The notes below the pieces were generated by a model. The model was not told the DNA's origin, did no database searches, and was given only the letters and a program-made list of their open reading frames with translations. The position numbers were made by a program, and so were the translations under genes. A stretch of DNA of 41,254 bases from Candidatus Eiseniibacteriota bacterium. GTDB taxonomy: Bacteria; ARS69. The stretch covers positions 1 to 41,254 of the forward strand of contig JBQTGV010000213.1 in the NCBI GenBank assembly GCA_052390515.1, read 5' to 3'. The number at the start of each line of letters is the position of its first letter. The first letter of the stretch is position 1. This document shows, in pieces, positions 35,370-41,254 of this stretch.

Positions 35370-36230
35370 GTGAAACCAACCAAACTGCTCGAGGTCGCCA
35401 ACGCGTCAGGGTTCGTCTTTCAGATGGCCGTTGCGGAGTGCGTGACCGCGGGCTCGCCCGTACACGGCTGGACGCTAGTTGCCACGGAACACCCGTGGAT
35501 GCATGACGAAGCCGGGTCGTCCGGATTCGTGGATCTAGTTGTTGGGCGTGGACTCCTGCGGCTCGTCGTGGAGTGCAAGCGGTCTAAGGACGCTAACTGG
35601 GTCTTCCTGCGGCCGACGGAAGGGGCGCTGGACTCGCCTCTTCGTGTCCACTGGATCGACTTTCGCCCGGGAGACACGCCACTGTGCGGCTGGGGTGAGG
35701 TGGAGCTGCGACCCTCCGCCGTGCTCTCCGGATTCTGTGCGGTCCGCGGGTCTGCGCAGAGTCATGCACCCATGTTGGAGGGGATCGCGCGGCCGCTGGT
35801 GGACGCGACAGAGGCAATCGCGCAACATGAATTGGTTCGCCTCGCTGGCAAGGACCACCCAGAATGGATCGCGTATGTACCAGTTCTAGTGACGAATGCC
35901 ACACTGCACATGTGTGCACTGTCGCCCGCCGAAGTGTCGCTTGCCACAGGCGAAATCGATGTGACGCGGTTCGACGAGACCGGCTCGCTTGAGGAAGTGC
36001 AGTGGGCGCACTTTCGGAAGGCACTATCTGCGCGACGGGCGAGCGTTCCGACACCGGGTACGCTGGAGGACCTGAACCGCTCGCTGGCGCGATCAGTGGT
36101 CATCGTGGGAGCGACGCACCTCGATGCGTTTCTCAGGGAGTGTAATGTGAGACAGTGCGAGAACCGGTTATTCCCCTGGGATCGCGAGCGCTCTCGGTGG
36201 AAGCAACAACGAGAACGGGCGTCAGCCTGA
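35370..36230 (+). CDS. Hypothetical protein with a PD-(D/E)XK restriction-endonuclease-like motif
   Basis: NASGFVFQMAV...GFVDLVV...LVVECKRS; YVPVLVTNATL; atypical codon usage. Confidence 0.7.
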   Translation: MKPTKLLEVANASGFVFQMAVAECVTAGSPVHGWTLVATEHPWMHDEAGSSGFVDLVVGRGLLRLVVECKRSKDANWVFLRPTEGALDSPLRVHWIDFRPGDTPLCGWGEVELRPSAVLSGFCAVRGSAQSHAPMLEGIARPLVDATEAIAQHELVRLAGKDHPEWIAYVPVLVTNATLHMCALSPAEVSLATGEIDVTRFDETGSLEEVQWAHFRKALSARRASVPTPGTLEDLNRSLARSVVIVGATHLDAFLRECNVRQCENRLFPWDRERSRWKQQRERASA

Positions 36231-36348
36231 GCTGTCTTGAGCGCACAGGGCCCTCTGTGGACAGAACCGGTCCGCTCATCTACACCCGTGGGCCGCGGCG
36301 CAGCGCCAGCCAGTAGCGAGAAGTCGGCCGCGGATCTACCCTGGGAAG

Positions 36349-37710
36349 ATGACCGCCGATGACCCGCCCGGGCTCTTCAACGATCCGTCGGAAGCCGCCG
36401 TCCCGCCGCCGGCTCCCCTCGCCGAGCGCATGCGCCCGCGCGCGCTCGACGAGATCCTCGGCCACGAGCAGCTCCTCGGCCCGTCGTCCACGCTGCGCCG
36501 CGCGGTCGAAGCCGGCCGGCTCCCCTCGCTGATCCTCTGGGGCCCGCCCGGCTCCGGCAAGACGACGATTGCGCGGGTGCTGGCCGGCGCCGCCCAGGCC
36601 GACTTCCGCGAGGTCTCGGCCGTCGCCGCCGGCGTGCAGGACCTTCGCGCCGTGGTAGCCGCCGGCAAGGCGAACCGCGCGCGCGGCCGCCGCACCGTGC
36701 TCTTCATCGACGAGATCCACCGCTTCAACAAGGCGCAGCAGGACGCGGTGCTGCCCGCGGTCGAGAACGGCACCGTCGTCCTGATCGGCGCCACCACCGA
36801 GAATCCCTCCTTCGAGGTGAACGCGCCGCTGCGCTCGCGGTGCCACGTGATTCGCCTGGAGCCGATGCGCGCCGAAGTGATCCGGCAGGTCGTCGCGCAG
36901 GCGCTGGTGGACACCGAGCGGGGGCTCGGCGACAAGGGCGTCGTCCTCCCGGAGCCGGCGTTCGACGAGCTCGTCCGACGCTCCAACGGCGACGCGCGCA
37001 TCGCCCTCAACCTGCTCGAGGCGTGCGCGTCGGCCCTTCCGGAAGCCGGCGGCACCATCGCGCCGGAGTCCGTGGCGGCACTGGCGAAGGAGACGACGGT
37101 CCTCTACGACAAGGCCTCCGGCCGCCACTACGACCACGCCTCGGCTCTCCAGAAGAGCCTGCGCGGCTCCGACCCCGACGCCGCCATCTACTGGCTGGCG
37201 AAGATGCTCGCCGCCGGCGAGGACCCACGCTTTGCCGCGCGGCGCATCCTCGTGACCGCGGCCGAGGACGTGGGGCTCGCTGATCCGCGCGCGCTGGAAG
37301 TGGCCGTGGCGGCGTTCCGGGCGCTCGAGTTCTTGGGGATGCCCGAAGCGCGCATCCCGCTGGCGCAGGCGGCGCTCTACGTCGCGACGGCACCCAAGTC
37401 CAACAGCGCGGTCAAGGCGATCGACGCGGCGACCTCGGCCATCACCGAAGCCGGCGAATCTTACGAGGTGCCCGCGTATCTGCGGATGTCCGGAGCGCTC
37501 CGTGGGGAGTACCGATATCCGCACGACGCGCCGGGCCACTTCCTCGCGGACGACTACCTGCCGGGGGAGCTGGCCGGCCGCTCGTTCTACGTGCCGGGGG
37601 AGCTCGGTGCGGAGAAGGAGATGGCGGAGCGGGTACGCCGCGCGCTGGGCCGGGGACGCGCGCGGGGCGAGGACCCCGGCAAGCCGCCGCGCAAGCCGGC
37701 GGAAGGATGA
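36349..37710 (+). CDS. rarA: Replication-associated recombination protein A (MgsA/RarA AAA+ ATPase)
   Basis: PLAERMRP, WGPPGSGKTT, LFIDEIHRFNKAQQD, IGATTENPSF, SALQKSLRGSDPDAA, AEDVGLADP, GMPEAR. Confidence 0.96.
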   Translation: MTADDPPGLFNDPSEAAVPPPAPLAERMRPRALDEILGHEQLLGPSSTLRRAVEAGRLPSLILWGPPGSGKTTIARVLAGAAQADFREVSAVAAGVQDLRAVVAAGKANRARGRRTVLFIDEIHRFNKAQQDAVLPAVENGTVVLIGATTENPSFEVNAPLRSRCHVIRLEPMRAEVIRQVVAQALVDTERGLGDKGVVLPEPAFDELVRRSNGDARIALNLLEACASALPEAGGTIAPESVAALAKETTVLYDKASGRHYDHASALQKSLRGSDPDAAIYWLAKMLAAGEDPRFAARRILVTAAEDVGLADPRALEVAVAAFRALEFLGMPEARIPLAQAALYVATAPKSNSAVKAIDAATSAITEAGESYEVPAYLRMSGALRGEYRYPHDAPGHFLADDYLPGELAGRSFYVPGELGAEKEMAERVRRALGRGRARGEDPGKPPRKPAEG

Positions 37711-37730
37711 GGCGACGCAAGGGAGGGGTC

Positions 37731-38078
37731 ATGCACCGAAGAGAGTTCCTGGCGAAGGCCGGCGTCGTGGCGACGTGGGCCGGGATCGCCATCACCATCA
37801 CCGACTGCGGCGATGACGACGGCGGCGCCGGGCCCGGCGACGGTTCGGGCAACGTCAGCGGCGCGGTCACCGGCGGCGGCCACGGCCACAGCGGTGCGGT
37901 CGTCACGGAGGCACAGATCACGGCCGGCAGCGCGGTGAATCTGACACTGACGGGGAACGGGCACACGCACATCGTGGTGCTCACCGCCCAGGACGTGATG
38001 AACGTCGGCGCGGGGACGCAGGTCGTGAAGACCAGCTCGAACGACGCCGGACACCAGCACACCGTCACGTTCAACTGA
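37731..38078 (+). CDS. Small Tat-exported (lipo)protein with three HxH motifs
   Basis: GGAGG RBS; MHRREFL twin-arginine signal; TDC possible lipobox; HGH, HTH, HQH. Confidence 0.8.
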   Translation: MHRREFLAKAGVVATWAGIAITITDCGDDDGGAGPGDGSGNVSGAVTGGGHGHSGAVVTEAQITAGSAVNLTLTGNGHTHIVVLTAQDVMNVGAGTQVVKTSSNDAGHQHTVTFN

Positions 38079-38182
38079 CCGATCGCGGCGGCGGCGGAGT
38101 GAAGGCGCCGGCGCGCGTCCGCCGGATCCCGGACGCCGGCGCGCGTGTGCTCACCGAGAGTGCAGGCAGCCGCGCGTCATTC

Positions 38183-38211
38183 TTGCCCGACCACGGAGGC
38201 CCGGCTATCCT
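38183..38211 (+). promoter_or_regulatory. Putative sigma70 promoter TTGCCC-N17-TATCCT
   Basis: 17-bp spacer; 9 nt before the flippase TTG, which has no SD. Confidence 0.45.
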
Positions 38212-38220
38212 GCCGCGGCC

Positions 38221-39654
38221 TTGATCAAGAGAATCGCGCTCAACACGATCGCCATGGTGTCGGGCCAGGCCGCCGTGAAGGCGCTGGGCCTGCTGTGGCT
38301 CGTCGTCGTCGCGCGGCACCTGGGCGAAGCGGGCTTCGGCTTCCTGAACTTCGCCCTCTCCCTGACCGCCATCTTCTCGGTTCTCGTCGAGTTCGGCTTC
38401 TCCCCGGTGCTCACGCGCGACGTGGCCCGGGACGCGGGCGTCGCCGAGGACTACCTGGCCAACGTGCTCGGGCTCCGGCTGGTGCTTTCGCTGGTGGTCG
38501 TGCCGCTCACCGTGGCGGTCTCGCTCCTGACCGGAGCGGACCGCGGGACGCTCGCGCCGGTGCTGGTCCTCGCCCTGACGATGGTCACCTCCGCGGTGTG
38601 GGCCGCGCCGAACTCGGTGTTCGTGGCACGGGAACGCATGGGCCATCCTTCCGTCGTCATCACGATCAGCAAGCTCGTGGCGCTGGGGGTCGGCCTCGTG
38701 CTGGTGTCCCGGGGTGCGGGCTTGCTCGCCGTCGCGTCGGTCTTCCTGCTGGAAGGCGTGCTCAACCTCGCCGTCGGCATCCCGCTCCTGACGCGCGTGC
38801 TCGGCGTGCGCGTGCGCGTGGCGCTCGACCCCGCGCTCTGCCGGCGCCTCCTGCGCGAGGCGGCCCCCTTCGCCCTGACGCTCGCGTTCGGGCTGCTGTA
38901 CTTCAAGCTCGACGTGGTCATGCTCTCGGCGATGAAGGGCAGCGAAGCGGTCGGCCGGTACAGCGCGGCGTTCCGCCTGCTGGAGGGGCTCGTGTACCTC
39001 TCCGCGGCGTTCGTGGGCACGATGTTCCCGGTGCTCTCGCGTCTGCACGCGACGTCCGAGGAGCAGCTGCGAAGCACCACGCGCCGCGCGCTGGACGCCG
39101 TCGTCGCCTTCGCCTTGCCCGCGGCGGTCGCGCTGATGATGCTGGCCGCGCCGATCATCCGCATTCTCTACGGCCCGGACTACGCGGGGTCCGTTCCGGT
39201 GCTGCGCTGGATCGGGGCGGCGCTGGTCTTCGTCTTCGCCGGCAACCTCCTCGCGTCGGTGCTGAGCGCGGTCGACCGGCAGAAGGACTGCCTCCGGGTG
39301 ACTGTGGCGGGCGTCGCGCTGAACCTGGCGCTGAACCTGGCGCTGATCCCGCGGCTGGCCGAGCTGGGCGCGGCGGTGGCGACGACCGTCACGCAGGCGA
39401 TGGTCGCCGCGGCGATGTTCGCCCTCGTGCAGCGCCACGTGCGCCCCGGAGTGGACGCGGTCCGTCAGGCCAAGATCTTCCTGGCGACGGCCGCGCTGGC
39501 CGCGACGCTCTTCGCCCTCTTGCAGTCCGGATTTCTTCTCGCCGTAGTCGCCGGGACCGTGGCGTACCTCGCGGTGCTCGCCGGGACGCGGGTTCTCACC
39601 GCCGAGGAGCGCCGGCAGGTGCGCGCAGCGGTCTCGGGGGCGGCCGATGGCTGA
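38221..39654 (+). CDS. Wzx/PST-family oligosaccharide flippase
   Basis: IALNT, ARHLG..GFG, EFGF...LTRDVARD, LYFKLDVVML, VGRYSAAFRL, LILYGPDY, LNLALIP...LGAAVAT; many TM helices. Confidence 0.9.
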   Translation: MIKRIALNTIAMVSGQAAVKALGLLWLVVVARHLGEAGFGFLNFALSLTAIFSVLVEFGFSPVLTRDVARDAGVAEDYLANVLGLRLVLSLVVVPLTVAVSLLTGADRGTLAPVLVLALTMVTSAVWAAPNSVFVARERMGHPSVVITISKLVALGVGLVLVSRGAGLLAVASVFLLEGVLNLAVGIPLLTRVLGVRVRVALDPALCRRLLREAAPFALTLAFGLLYFKLDVVMLSAMKGSEAVGRYSAAFRLLEGLVYLSAAFVGTMFPVLSRLHATSEEQLRSTTRRALDAVVAFALPAAVALMMLAAPIIRILYGPDYAGSVPVLRWIGAALVFVFAGNLLASVLSAVDRQKDCLRVTVAGVALNLALNLALIPRLAELGAAVATTVTQAMVAAAMFALVQRHVRPGVDAVRQAKIFLATAALAATLFALLQSGFLLAVVAGTVAYLAVLAGTRVLTAEERRQVRAAVSGAADG

Positions 39655-40849
39655 GAAGCTGCGCGTGCTCGTCGTGGACCACGTCGCCGGCGTGGAGCCG
39701 TTCCGCCGGAAGTACGAGATCCTCGCCGCGGACCCTTCGCTCGAGCTGACCGTGTTCGCCCCCGATCGCTGGATCGAGAACCGCCGCGAGGTGCGCGCGC
39801 CGGCGTCGGTCGAGGGCTACCGCATCCTCTCCGGCAAGGTCGTCTGGCCGGGGCGAGAGAACCGAGCTTTCTTCGTCGGTGGGCTCGCCGCCGCCGTCGG
39901 TCGTACCCGCCCGCACGTGCTGCATCTCATGGAGGAGCCGTTCAGCCTGATCGCGCTGCAGGCGGCGGCGCTCTGCCGCACGCTGCATCCCCGCGCGAAG
40001 GTCGTCTTCTACACGTTCGACAACCTGTACGAGGGATTCCGCTACTCGTACCGTCCGTCGTGGGCGTACGGACTCTTCCAGAGGACCGTCCACCGCCTGA
40101 GCAGCGCGGGAGTCGCGGCGTGCGGCGACGCGGGACGCATCCTGCTCTCCCGCCGCTTCGAGAAGCCGATCCGCTACGTACCGCTCGGGGTCGACGTCGA
40201 GCGCTATGCCGCTGCGCCGGATCCCGCGCGCCGCGATGCGCTCGGCCTCCGCGGATTCGTGATCGGCTACGTGGGCCGCTTCCTGCCCATCAAAGGGCTG
40301 TCGGTGCTGGGCGACGCGCTGTCGCTGCTCCCCGGGGAGTGGACCCTGCTCGCCGTCGGCTCGGGGCCGGAGCAGGAGGTGCTGGAATCGAAGGCGCGGC
40401 AGGGCGGCTGGAGCGAAAGGCTCCGCATCGCCGGCGGCGTCGCGCACGCGGACGTTCCCGCGCTCATGGCGTTGATGGACGTGCTCGTGCTGCCCTCGGT
40501 CACCACGCCGCACTTCCGCGAGCAGTTCGGCCGCGTCCTGATCGAGGCGATGTGCTGCCGGATCCCGTTGATCGGCTCCGACTCCGGATCCATTCCCGAG
40601 ACCATGGGCGAAGCGGGGATCGTCGTTCCCGAGCGGGACGCTCCGGCGCTCGCGGCGGCGCTGACGCGGCTCATGGCCGAGCCGGCCGAGCGGAAGCGGC
40701 TCGGCGAAGCGGGTCGCCGCCGCGCCGAGCGTCACTTCACGTGGGAGCGGATCGCGGCGACGTACCGCTCCCTCTGGGAGGAGCTGGCCCGAGGCACGCT
40801 GCGCAGCGAAGCGGGACCGTCGTGGTCGCCGGCGGCCGGAGCGGACTAG
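39647..40849 (+). CDS. Glycosyltransferase family 4 (GT-B)
   Basis: PLGVD, IGYVGRFLPIKG, VGSGPE, DVLVLPS...EQFGRVLIEAM...IGSDSGSIPE, FTWE. Confidence 0.93.
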   Translation: MAEKLRVLVVDHVAGVEPFRRKYEILAADPSLELTVFAPDRWIENRREVRAPASVEGYRILSGKVVWPGRENRAFFVGGLAAAVGRTRPHVLHLMEEPFSLIALQAAALCRTLHPRAKVVFYTFDNLYEGFRYSYRPSWAYGLFQRTVHRLSSAGVAACGDAGRILLSRRFEKPIRYVPLGVDVERYAAAPDPARRDALGLRGFVIGYVGRFLPIKGLSVLGDALSLLPGEWTLLAVGSGPEQEVLESKARQGGWSERLRIAGGVAHADVPALMALMDVLVLPSVTTPHFREQFGRVLIEAMCCRIPLIGSDSGSIPETMGEAGIVVPERDAPALAAALTRLMAEPAERKRLGEAGRRRAERHFTWERIAATYRSLWEELARGTLRSEAGPSWSPAAGAD

Positions 40850-41253
40850 GGCGCGGTCTTCGCAGCCGCCTTCGTCGAGTCCGGCACGGCCGCCGGCATG
40901 CCGATCATCTTGCCGGTCGCGTCGGCGAACGCGGCCGGATCCGCCGCGAAGGTCGCGCGCGTGGAGTCGGACGCGAAGTAGTAGGGGCGCCCCGCGTGGT
41001 CGACACGCGGCGACGTCGTCGCCGGACGGAAGCGCTCCTTGGAAACCGGGTCGGTCACCACCCCGCACCACGCGAGCGGATCCGCCGTGAACTTGCGCTT
41101 CGCCGCCGGCGTCGAGAAGAAGTAGATCTCGTGATTCACGCGGGCGGACATCCCGGCCGAGATGCGCGCGTCGCCACCCTTCACGACCGCGCACGGCAGC
41201 TTCACGCCGATCTCGTTCAGGTACCACTCGGGGTCTTGCACGAAGACCGGGAC
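40846..41253 (-). CDS. YHS domain protein (two YHS-like repeats; 5' end outside window)
   Basis: VNHEIYFFSTPAAKRKFTADP and TDPVS....HAGRPYYFASDSTRATFAADP; the frame is open to the window end. Confidence 0.8.
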   Translation of the reverse strand, partial: VPVFVQDPEWYLNEIGVKLPCAVVKGGDARISAGMSARVNHEIYFFSTPAAKRKFTADPLAWCGVVTDPVSKERFRPATTSPRVDHAGRPYYFASDSTRATFAADPAAFADATGKMIGMPAAVPDSTKAAAKTAP

Positions 41254-41254
41254 G

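Noticed and set aside
38095-38150. GC-rich hairpin / 13-bp direct repeat (CGCCGGCGCGCGT) after the HxH gene
   Set aside because: No U-tract and only two copies; could be a terminator or chance.
1-41254. CRISPR arrays, tRNA/rRNA, transposases
   Set aside because: No regularly spaced repeats, recognisable structural RNA genes or transposase motifs seen by eye; a covariance-model scan would be needed to exclude small ncRNAs.

Overview
A very GC-rich (about 70% by eye) bacterial chromosomal segment with about 40 densely packed genes. I found no rRNA, tRNA, CRISPR array or transposase. Several secreted proteins end in FlgD-Ig/T9SS-like C-terminal domains, which suggests an FCB-group lineage such as Eisenbacteria, Latescibacterota or Krumholzibacteriota (inference). 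In order, the window holds: two tandem paralogous secreted proteins, one with a domain resembling lysyl oxidase; MscS; a pepP / Npt1(TLC)-HEAT transporter / tandem cNMP-binding operon; back-to-back gene remnants; a COG2403 (ArcE/CpgS-like) P-loop enzyme; an ICMT-TolC in-frame fusion heading a YbhGFSR-like ABC exporter operon; a 159-bp CTAG-bounded element with perfect 35-bp terminal inverted repeats; VOC, DUF1761 and cupin genes; a small ORF plus a nucleotidyltransferase with no in-frame start; pilT; TetR with an operator and a secreted DUF1326 protein; puuD-like, orphan pntA and dienelactone hydrolase genes; a lamin-tail protein and an outer-membrane barrel; an HTH / HDOD / GAF-HD-GYP-HDOD signalling operon; a lower-GC islet (VapBC45-like TA pair and a PD-(D/E)XK nuclease-like gene); rarA; a Tat-exported HxH lipoprotein; a flippase and GT4; and a partial YHS gene. 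Many genes look leaderless. All family calls come from recognising motifs by eye; no searches were run.
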